From: Neoechinorhynchus agilis
Lineage: Eukaryota; Animalia; Acanthocephala
Assembly (NCBI GenBank): GCA_051530055.1
Contig: CM121341.1
Location: 5,434,784 to 5,498,783, forward strand
DNA: 64,000 nt
Direction: 5' to 3'
Part shown: in pieces, positions 1-12,429 of the stretch
How the letters are laid out: every line of letters starts with the position of its first letter
Position numbering within the stretch: position 1 is the stretch's first letter
The notes under the pieces: model-generated
Seen by the model: only the letters and a program-made list of their open reading frames with translations
Database searches by the model: none
Told to the model about the DNA's origin: nothing
Position numbers and translations under genes: made by a program

Positions 1-1612
1 GAGTGGCCCTTTAGTGCGGAAACTCGGTGGATGGCCGTTCGTGTAATGAGCAGTTTTTCTTGGGTTTTTCATTCTCTTTCATTTTATGTTGTTGTTTTTA
101 AGGTTGCTTAAAGGTGAACTGCTCGTGTAATTGACTTGGTGGGCAAAGAAATCGTGATAGCAAAAGGGGCACCAGAGGATATTCTTGGTGGTCATTGTTC
201 ATCGTCGATAAAACAATCGGACGAGGAGGCAGTAGCAGCATTCCTGGCAGGACCAGCGCGGGGCCTTCGTACATTGGCACTCGCGATGGGTCCATCGATC
301 CACAATCTTGAACTGATAGGAGTAGTAGGAATTCAAGATCCACTAAGACCCAGTGCTCAGAGAGCATTTACGTGCCATTCGAACCTTCGCATAATCACAG
401 GAGATGCCCGTGAGACCGCTGTTGCTATTGGAAGTCAGCTAGGAATTGTTGACGAGGAAAGTGCACGAGTCCTCGCTATATCAGGCGATGATGCTGTAAA
501 GCAAGGACAGCTAGCTATTGAACCTGCTCGTGTGTTCTACCGAACAAGTCCCAAACAAAAGTTAGCTATTATTAAAAGCCTTCAACGATGTGGTCATGTA
601 GTTGCAATGATTGGCGATGGCGTAAGTTAGGTGTGTTCATTGGGTTGGAGTTTTTTTTCGTTTTAAATGGAAACATCCTGACTCAAATGATGCAGTTGCT
701 CTCAGAGCAGCCAATGTGGGTATCTCAATGGGTTCAGCGGCGTCGGACGTAAGCCGTGAAGCCGCTGATCTTGTACTCGTTAATGACGACTGTGGGGCGA
801 TTGCTCATGCCATAATTCATGGACAAGCAATTTATCGAAATATCGAGAACTTTATTTGTTTCCAACTAAGCACTAGCGTGTCCGCTCTATCACTAATCGC
901 GTTGACTACCTTCTTTTCTTCGCATTCGTCAAGTCCTCCTTTGAATGCCATGCAGATCTTATGGATAAACATTCTAATGGACGGACCACCGGCTCAGAGT
1001 CTAGGAGTCGAACCACCAATTGATACTGGAAATATGAGAGAAAAAGGACAACGTAGTAGCGTGTTCCTTGGTTCCCGTTTGATGAAAGACGTCTTCATGA
1101 AGGCGTTCATCATTGTATTCGGTACTTTGAGTGTTTAAGCGAGTTTTTTGGGAATGGGACATCTTTATTCTCATATGACTCGGTATCGTAACGAACTTCT
1201 CAACGGACGACAACCAACGACAGCAACATTTACAGCGTTTGTTCTTTTTGATATGTTCAATGCGCTCAGTTGTAGGTCCAGGGATACACCCGTCGTATTT
1301 GGACCAGGGTCCTTAGGCCTTTTACGAAATCGACCGTTCGTTTATGCGGTAAGTCTTTGTCTTGCTGGTCAAGCGCTAGTCATCTATTGGCATCCTCTGC
1401 AATATATATTCCAAACCGAACCACTCCCTCTCAAAAGACTACTCATGCTCGTACTTCTTTCTTCGAGTGTATTCGTAGTTTCAGAATTCAAAAAATGGAT
1501 TCGAATCTGGAGAAATTCCGGACATCAGTGTCTTTTTGATTCTGTCTTTACAAGAATCCGGTGCTTTCTCTCAACAAGGCTCACAAATCAAAAGGTGCGA
1601 GCATTTGTTTGA
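1..1612 (+). CDS. ATP2C1: Secretory-pathway Ca2+/Mn2+ P-type ATPase (SPCA), 3' part; 5' end lies outside the window; three introns without usable AG (~41-124, ~622-682, ~1133-1183)
   Basis: Translated segments EWPFSAETRWMAV, KGAPE, DPLRP, IITGD, FYRTSPKQK, VAMIGDG..NDA, FQLSTS, LNAMQILWINILMDGPPAQSLGVEP and FDMFNALSCRS match SPCA-type pumps. Confidence 0.92.
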
Positions 1613-3303
1613 ATGAATTTGGTCTCATAATAATTCGCGAGTTTCGTGTCACATAGACGCATCAATTTGCCTTCAATCGAAGGATCTTCTCTTGATGATT
1701 AAACAGAATATGAAGGAAAAACTTTATCTTGACCAGTAGAAAAAAACGTTTACGCTTAATCTTAATGCTATTTCTCGTTTGCACGAGTGAAAATCATCGC
1801 ATTTTTGTAACTGCAGTACTAGATTTCGAAACTTTCTGTTTTTACGGTTGAAAATTCAAACCTTCTTCGGTTTTTGTGATCCATAAATATATCAATTCCG
1901 ATCACGATGTGATATTTTGCCCGGTTTCCAATCAAACTAAACAAGGGACTTGAGTACTTGAAATGAGCCTAAGCAAAGACCCGACCTCACAAACTCTCAT
2001 GCAAACAATAACTACTAATTCCTAAGCGAAAGGACATTCCCCACCGGATATTTCCACCCAACCGAACTCGTAATCCACTTCAAAATCAACAGCTGCATTC
2101 ATTGAAAAAATCAGAACTCAAGTGTTTTTGTGAGGACCCAAACATACATTGATCCTTTTCTTTGTTAACTAACAAATAAACGTGTTATAACCTCAAAGAA
2201 CGGCCTTTAGATCGTAACTAAAGAACGTTTTATAAAACAAATCTTGATCGGAAAATTACGTTTCGGAAATATATGGATATAACGTTCTGCGTTGAACTTT
2301 TAGTGCCGACGCAGCTCGCAAAACAAGGGGTTTCCAAAAACAACAAAAGGAGTTTGTGTTTTGAAGAAAGAGGTACTTACGATCATAATTAAAGAAGGTT
2401 TTAAAAACCAAATTTTGAGAATATTAGCATCGCTATCCAGCGATGGGATAAAGTCAGCGCGCAAGGATGACTACGGCACTGATTTGATTCTTTTACCCGA
2501 AAAAAATGAATTGTTTGAGAAAAATTCCAATATTAAGAATTCTAGTTTATTGGCCACTCGCAATGAATATACTTTGCAATTTATTCGAACTCCTTTTAAA
2601 ACTTTTTCCATTTTCACATATTTTTACTATATTTCACTTGAAAACTTTTTTGTGGTACCAATTTAAATAGTTCAATCCACTTCATTTGAAATGTTAATGC
2701 CGCTTATCTTTAAAATGAACCGAAGCGACGGATTAATGATAATGCCAATTATCCGAATGAGCGAAAAAAGAAGGTGTCCATTAAGGTATCGAGAAAAATT
2801 AGTGATTATTTTCAAAAATAAAGCTAAAATTATGTAATTCTCGGTTATTTTTTTGAATTCCACCTTCCGAATGGTGTCCGGTCCCAATTAATTCGCGCAT
2901 AAACGACTCTTTTTATGGACTTTTTAATCTAGTCGCAATTGTCGTTCACTGTCGGAATCACATCAGCTTAGAATATAACAATTGACGCCATTTTTTCGAT
3001 AGCTTTATGAATTCTGCATCTAGAGTATCATGGCAGTTTGCCACAATGATCACCCTTAAGAAAGTGATCGTATTGATTGGGATGTTGCGGTACCTGCACA
3101 GCCTGGAACAAATGTTGCCCATTCAAAAACACAGGAAGTCGCAAATATCAGCAGGATCTCACGTAAATCATTATGCCATGAGCGCAGATGTTCAAACGCC
3201 AAGATATTTGACATATATATGCTAGACGCACAAAAATGCAGATATAAAAGCTTTCCAAAAAAGTTATATAGGATTCCATAACACCAGCGACCTTAAGAAC
3301 GAA

Positions 3304-4166
3304 ATGTTGGCTCAAATTCTAGTCGCTTTTGGAATACTCAGTGGATGTTTTGGTCAAATGACAATTCCATCATTTCCTGATGTCGAAGGTGGAAGTGGGC
3401 AAGGTGAGATATTATAGATCAGTGAGTTTGGTCCGTTTTTCATTAAGTGTAGGCGTTGGCGGATTTAAATGCCGACTTCCCGTTGATCCGGGTCCTTGTA
3501 TGGCAATGATACCAAGATATCGATACGATTACACCACTCAGAGTTGTAAAAGGTTCATGTATGGCGGATGTCAAGGAAATGGTAATAATTTCGAAACAAA
3601 GGAGCAATGTGAGTCGGAATGCAAGCCGCGGCATGGCCAAACTGGAGGAGGAGGAGGAGGTGATGGTGGTGGTAAGCTCATTTGGTTGGCATATTCGTTA
3701 ATTTGTTCACACAGATGATGCCATGGCGTGCCAGCAACCGAAGGACGAAGGTCCTTGCAAGGGATACGAGCCGAGATATTACTTCAACGGATTCCAATGC
3801 AAGCGGTTTATCTACGGAGGATGTCAGGGAAACCGAAACAATTTCGGTTCTAAGGAACTATGCGAAAAGCGCTGCATGAGAGGAGGTAGCGGATCAGGAA
3901 GCGGAGAACAAGAACCGCGTATGTAGCTCCTATACTTTTACAGTAATTTACCTTAGTTAAAAATAGCCTATAACCCAATGGCATGCCAACAGCCAAAGGA
4001 CGAAGGACCTTGTCGCGGCTCAGTGTTAAGATTCTATTTCGATGGCAACCGATGTAGAAGGTTCATATATGGAGGATGCCAGGGAAATGAGAACAATTTC
4101 AAAAGCAAGAAAATTTGCCAGAGAACCTGTCAGGCCGGAGGACCGCTTGGAAGACCTTATGAATAG
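3304..4166 (+). CDS. Secreted protein with signal peptide and three Kunitz/BPTI domains joined by Gly-rich linkers; exons 3304-3403, 3453-3671, 3715-3918, 3967-4166
   Basis: Hydrophobic N-terminus MLAQILVAFGILSGCFG; three 6-Cys domains with GPC and F-x-YGGCQGN-x-NNF motifs; three GT-AG phase-1 introns join the ORF-track pieces. Confidence 0.88.
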
Positions 4167-4462
4167 TAATGAAGCTTATTGACATTAAACATCATTGATT
4201 TCCATAGAAGTATTTATTGGTGTTTGTGTCGAAACGACTGCTACTTAATGTTAGAAATTTAATCGAATGTGCTCTTTGGAGATCACCACTTATACTCTTC
4301 ACCTAGATTTTTATACACGAAATTCTTATTATCAACCATTCAGCGTCCTTTAAATTCTATTTGTGACCATTTATAGCAATTTGGAACTTTCAGTTGTATT
4401 GAACAAATAGAAAAATAATTAACGGGACTCGTTGACTGCAAGAGCATTGCGGCAATCACGCT

Positions 4463-4688
4463 TGTTCTTCCAAAAATCAAATATATCTTAAAAAGAGACT
4501 AAAATCAGAAACTAAATGGAACATCGCCTCGTTTTGCGAATATAAGACGCAAACGCGAAAAAACACTGATCAAAGATTGTTCTTAAGAAAGGGTTCTCCC
4601 AAAAATCAAATATATCTTAAAAAGAGACTAAAACCAGAAACTAAATGGAACATCGCCTCGTTTTGCGACTATAGGACGCAAACGCGAA
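4463..4688. repeat. ~130-bp tandem duplication whose second unit is interrupted by the CRE insertion and resumes at 6356-6396
   Basis: CCAAAAATCAAATATATCTTAAAAAGAGACTAAAA occurs twice; AAACGCGAA..CTGATCAAA..TTCTTAAGAAAG occurs at 4551-4591 and 6356-6396. Confidence 0.75.
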
Positions 4689-6355
4689 CACAGCGAAAAC
4701 CGGACAGCAACTTCGTCCAGTCAAACTGGGCTGCTGCACATCCTGCGGGGCGGAAGCTATTGTCCACTCGCTCCGAAACTTTGCTACGAGGAGTTTAGAG
4801 CCGTGCGTGATTCTTAAGTGTGATTTTCAGGATGCCTTTAACTCTCTCAATAGAGAAATCATGTTTTGCGCTATTAGGGATCACGCACCAGAAGCCTTCC
4901 AGTATTTTCCCAATGCCTACGGGACCGCGACTCCTTTGCTTTTTGAAGACCACCTCATTTGGTCCGAACGAGGAGTGCAGCAAGATCCCCTCGGTCCAAT
5001 CGCAATCTCTCTAAGAGTAAATCCAATACCGACTTCTCTCTATTCCAGCTTCAACGCTTGGTACTTGGATGGCGCTACGCTCGGAGCTGATCCCTCCGTT
5101 GCACTGCGCGATTTGGAGACGCTGATTATGGAGACCTCGAGAATGTGCATTGAGCTCAATATTAAAAAGTGTGGGCTCCAAGTATTAAATATCGAAGACG
5201 CCGCCGAAGTCAAGGAGCTAATGGGTGGGTTCGAGGCCGTAGCTCCAGGTCTGAAACTCGTGACTCCATAGCAACTCAGCCTTCTGGGTAGTTGCATCTT
5301 TGATTCAAATGTGAAAGCTGAGATCGGTCGTATCATACCGAAACTTTCGTTGCTGTGCGATAGGGTGAGCGCTCTCTCGGCTCCGACGCCAAGGTGAGGG
5401 CTTGCCTCGAGCGTATTTTAAATGTCCAGCTCTCAGATGAGGCGTGGCGACAAGCTTCTTTGCCTGTGTCATCTGGGGGATTGGGAATTCGGGCACTAGT
5501 CGACCTTGCTTTGCCGGCCTTTCTTGGATCGTTTGAGGGGAGCCTACCAGCCTCGAAGAAAATTTCGAAGGAAAAGTTCTGTCTTGACCGGAATTTCATG
5601 GTGGCAGTTGAAGAATGGTGCCAGCGTACAGGCGCAAACCATGTTCCCGTGAATGGCCTCAGACAGTCAATCTGGGGCAAACCTCTCGTCGCGAGAGCTC
5701 ACAACTCTCTACTTTCAGGTTTCCGCGATGGGGTTGTCCGAGCTATATTGTTGGCAGTTTCGACACGAGAATCGGGGGCGTGGTTGGAGGCTGTTCCTCT
5801 GACATCAGTGGGAACTCTTCTTACTGACGAGGTAACGAGGATCGCAGTTTCCCCAGGACTTATCGCTGTCGATGTGAGTCTTTGGTTGGTGCTTTTGGTC
5901 GGCACGGTCTCGTTGGCCGAAAGTCAGGAGGAAGGTTCTCACGCCATTCTGAGATCAACAGCGTAATTTCTCGGGCGTTGAGAACGGCGAACTTCCCCTC
6001 GTCGACCTGACGGAATTTCGGTCTTTCCGTAAGCAACATTCCCTATTCTCTCGAAATCGCTGTAGGTAAGGGAGGGAAGGTTCGAAAATATAGAGAATTA
6101 GCAAGGGCCCACTATTTTGTTCCGTATGGAGCGCTTGGCGACTCGGCAACACTCTGCTCAAGATCTCTCGAAGAAATTCAGAGAAACGACCGACTACGCA
6201 CGAGCTGGTGTATTCCTTCGACAAAATGTCTCGCTCGCAGTACAACGAGGCAATGCTTCTTGCGTGATAGCGACAGCCGAGGAAGGAGAAAAGCTAAGAT
6301 TTTGCGGACGGTGGTGATTTTATCAGAACTAACAAATAAACGTACTTTTTGGAAA
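4689..6355 (+). mobile_element. 5'-truncated, decayed CRE-clade non-LTR retrotransposon (RT plus restriction-like endonuclease), 9-bp TSD AAACGCGAA
   Basis: ILKCDFQDAFNSLNR, GVQQDPLGP, AWYLDGATLG, QASLPVSSGGLGIR and FLRQNVSLAVQRGNA motifs with stops and frameshifts; AAACGCGAA at 4680-4688 and 6356-6364. Confidence 0.85.
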
Positions 6356-7019
6356 AAACGCGAAAATAAACTGATCAAAAATGGTTCTTAAGAAAGTAGA
6401 AAAAGACAATATGACTACGCTTTAATTTCAATTAAAAGTGCTATTAATACTACGACGAAATGATGGCAGTTCGAGTAAATCAAAGAATGAATAATTTTAG
6501 AAAGGAAAAGCGGGAGGAGTTAATCATGAATACGAGAAAAGAAAGTCTTCTGAATGTTTTACCAGTCGCTTTTGATGAGCAATGCTTTCCCGTTTTTTAC
6601 AAAGTGTGATATTAAATGGCGTTTTCGTGTAGGAGGATAGGCCTAACAGCCAAATATATTCTGCCGTTTGCTGTACCCAGCACTTATAGTGAGTCGTCTA
6701 CAAAACAATGGGTTGAATAACTTAAATCTGTGTTCTCTTACACTTTGCAGGGAAAATATTTTCGTCGATGATCAAACCGACAATATTGAGCGAGGAACGT
6801 GGCAATGGCGAATCAGTGGATCTGAAATCGCAAATTGAAATCGCAAAAAAAGGGTTTCAAACACGCTGGATAATAACGAGTCAGAATGAAGGATGCGTGG
6901 ATTTAAAATGCCAATGCAAATGGACAATTAATAAATAAGTCTCAAGTGACTTTTTGTGGGTTTTTTAAAGCACAACATTGGTCAAGATCTCAAATTTTAT
7001 TCGTCCAACCAATTTTATC

Positions 7020-7150
7020 CAGCCAAAGAAACGTTTTTCGATCTTTTGACTTGGTTTGAAATCATTTTTTTGAAGATTGAACTGTTCATATTGATAAAAG
7101 AAATCTTTTTATTGTTCGTGAAATATTTCGAAAGAGAGGAAACCTCGCTT
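7020..7150. repeat. Dispersed repeat; related copies at 7500-7575, 10034-10195 and 57400-57700
   Basis: Shared strings TAGCCAAAGAAACGTTTTTCGATCTTTTGACTT, CTCGCCCGGTTA(A/G)AAATCA and AAGATTGAACTGTTCATATTGA. Confidence 0.7.
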
Positions 7151-7639
7151 CATCCGGGTCATTGTTTCGCAAGTCAAAATTTGCCATCCTTATGGATTTG
7201 GGCAAAAAGTTGGGGGATGGAATGCTCCTGCCTTCGAGTAAAAACGAAAACAATCATTTAATGTGTTTTTCGCAAATTCCTATAAATTTTGTTGGATAGA
7301 ATCAATAAAATGACTCTGATTCAATCAGTCGAAATACATTCGTCTTCAATTAGTGTCGACAGGCGACCTAAGCAACAATATGAACTTTAGGTCTGATATT
7401 TCGGCATAAAATTGTATCTTTATCAAGGTTGCTATTTTGTCGAAATATAGGCTTCAAACAAAATTAAAACATTCGAAGACAAAAAGTCAGGGATGGTTAA
7501 TTTTGACTTGTGTGGCGCCGGTTAAAAATCATTGTTTGCGAAATATTCCGAAAGAGAGGAAATCTCCCCTCATCAGTTTTTTATAAATATGTGAGTTCGT
7601 GATAAAACGATGTTTCCACACAACAAAATGATTTCTAAC

Positions 7640-9840
7640 CGACTGAGAATATTCACCGCAATTCGATCGAGTTTTTCCTTCGAGGGGTTCATTTTCTCTA
7701 TACAGCGAGTTTTTCCCTCCTCCAAATTTATTTGTAAACATGTAAATAAATCTCGAGGATGGAAAAACTCGCCGTATAGAGAATATTCACCACAATTCGA
7801 TCGAGTTTTTCCTTCGAGGGGTTCATTTTCTCTATACAGCGAGTTTTTCCCTCCTCGAGATTTATTTGTAAACATGCAAATAAATCTCGAGGATGGAAAA
7901 ACTCGCCGTATAGAGAATATTCACCACAATTCGATCGAGTTTTTCCTTCGAGGGGTTCATTTTCTCTATACAGCGAGTTTTTCCCTCCTCGAGATTTATT
8001 TGTAAACATGCAAATAAATCTCGAGGATGGAAAAACTCGCCGTATAGAGAATATTCACCACAATTCGATCGAGCTTCCCTCGAGATTTATTTGTAAACAT
8101 GCAAATAAATCTGAGGATGGAAAAACTCGCCGTATAGAGAATATTCACCACAATTCGATCGAGTTTTTCCGAGGGGTTCATTTCATACAGCGAGTTTTTC
8201 CTCCTCGAGATTTATTTGTAAACATGCAAATAAATCCGAGGATGGAAAACTCGCCGTATAGAGAATATTCACAACAATTCGATCGAGTTTTTCCTTCGAG
8301 GGGTTCATTTTCTCTATACAGCGAGTTTTTCCTCCTCGAGATTTATTTGTAAACATGCAAATAAATCTCGAGGATGGAAAAACTCGCCGCATAGAGAATA
8401 TTCACCACAATTCGATCGAGTTTTTCCTTCGAGGGGTTCATTTTCTCTATATAGCGAGTTTTTCCCTCCTCCAAATTTATTTGTAAACATGTAAATAAAT
8501 CTCGAGGATCGGAAAACTCGCCGTATAGAGAATATTCACTACAATTCGATCGAGTTTTTCCTTCGAGGGTTCATTTTCTCTATACAGCGAGTTTTTCCCT
8601 CCTCCAAATTTATTTGTAAACATGCAAATAAATCTCGAGGATGGAAAAACTCGCCGTATAGAGAATATTCACCACAATTCGATCGAGTTTTTCCTTCGAG
8701 AGGTTCATTTTCTCTATACAGCGAGTTTTTCCCTCCTCCAAATTTATTTGTAAACATGTAAATAAATCTCGAGGATGGAAAAACTCGCTGTATAGAGAAT
8801 ATTCACCACAATTCGATCGAGTTTTTCCCTCCTCGAGATTTATTTGTAAACATGCAAATAAATCTCGAGGGTGGAAAAACTCGCCGTATAGAGAATATTC
8901 ACCACAATTCGATCGAGTTTTTCCTTCGAGGGGTTCATTTTCTCTATACAGCGAGTTTTTCCCTCCTCGAGATTTATTTGTAAACATGCAAATAAATCTC
9001 GAGGATGGAAAAACTCGCCGTATAGAGAATATTCACCACAATTCGATCGAGTTTTTCCTTCGAGGGGTTCATTTTCTCTATACAGCGAGTTTTTCCCTCC
9101 TCGAGATTTATTTGTAAACATGCAAATAAATCTCGAGGATGGAAAAACTCGCCGTATAGAGAATATTCACCACAATTCGATCGAGTTTTTCCTTCGAGGG
9201 GTTCATTTTCTCTATACAGCGAGTTTTTCCCTCCTCGAGATTTATTTGTAAACATGCAAATAAATCTCGAGGATGGAAAAACTCGCCGTATAGAGAATAT
9301 TCACCACAATTCGATCGAGTTTTTCCTTCGAGGGGTTCATTTTCTCTATATAGCGAGTTTTTCCCTCCTCCAAATTTATTTGTAAACATGCAAATAAATC
9401 TCGAGGATGGAAAAACTCGCCGTATAGAGAATATTCACCACAATTCGATCGAGTTTTTCCTTCGAGGGGTTCATTTTCTCTATACAGCGAGTTTTTCCCT
9501 CCTCCAAATTTATTTGTAAACATGCAAATAAATCTCGAGGATGGAAAAACTCGCCGTATAGAGAATATTCACCACAATTCGATCGAGTTTTTCCTTCGAG
9601 GGTTCATTTTCTCTATACAGCGAGTTTTTCCCTCCTCGAGATTTATTTGTAAACATGCAAATAAATCTCGAGGATGGAAAAACTCGCCGTATAGAGAATA
9701 TTCACCACAATTCGATCGAGTTTTTCCTTCGAGGGGTTCATTTTCTCTATATAGCGAGTTTTTCCCTCCTCTAGATTTATTTGTAAACATGCAAATAAAT
9801 CTCGAGGATGGAAAAACTCGCCGTATAGAGAATATTCACA
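7640..9840. repeat. 134-bp tandem satellite (~16 units) with an internal ~66-bp palindrome per unit
   Basis: Identical spurious ORFs recur at 8840, 8974, 9108 and 9242 (134-nt spacing); each unit contains CGAGTTTTTCCCTCCTCGAGATTTATTTG..CAAATAAATCTCGAGGATGGAAAAACTCG. Confidence 0.95.
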
Positions 9841-10367
9841 CCACAATGTGCAAAAATATACTCGCTCGGTTAAAAGGTATTTTATAGCTAAAAAATATTT
9901 TGAAGCAATAAAATACGTTTTAACCGGGCGAATATCTTCACTACAATTCTAATTTTATCATCCCGAAGGATTTTCTCTCAAAGATTTCCGGATTCGTTGG
10001 TGTACCTTAGTAGAGTTTGTTTCAACGGGATCTAGCCAAAGAAACGTTTTTCGATCTTTTGACTTGTGTTGGGTGAAGAATACTCGCCCGGTTAAAAATC
10101 ATTTTGTTTAAAGATTGAACTGTTCATATTGATAAAGGAAATCTTTTTATTGTTCGCAAAATATTTCGAAAGAGATGAAATCTCGCCTCATGAATCATCT
10201 AAAGATTTCTAATCGGGATTATCTTCACCACATGTCGAAATTTACCATCCCAATAGATTTTCTCGATCTTAATTTTTTTAAGCAAAAAGTTGGGGCCTCG
10301 TCCGAAGGCTCAATCAAAGAAGCAACTTTTAATAGACTTAACGATCGTCTTACACGTCTCTCAGGCA

Positions 10368-12283
<1,916 letters not shown>

Positions 12284-12429
12284 TATCCTCGCGACGTATT
12301 CTATGTCTCTTAAAGACAACGCAGCGCGTTTAAACGGTGTGCGTAATGTCTTGTGGATGAGAAACACGCTAACGATGCTTTCAAACGGCACTCTCACGAA
12401 GCAAAATTGACCGGACAACTGAAGGAAAA

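Noticed and set aside
4689-6355. CRE insertion into a spliced-leader RNA gene
   Set aside because: No recognisable SL exon, donor or Sm-site arrangement in the flanks, and other copies have unrelated flanks.
6556-6936. Possible small three-exon gene on the + strand
   Set aside because: It can be assembled with GT-AG introns, but one is only ~29 nt and the product has no recognisable homology.
7640-9840. CRISPR-like array of palindromic repeats
   Set aside because: Units are identical end to end with no unique spacers, there are no cas genes, and the context is eukaryotic.
7529-9887. Many repeated 60-130 aa ORFs (MFTNKSRGG...)
   Set aside because: By-products of the 134-bp satellite; the unit length is not a multiple of 3 and frames are broken by indels. 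The same applies to ORFs in the 247-, 148- and 208-bp arrays.
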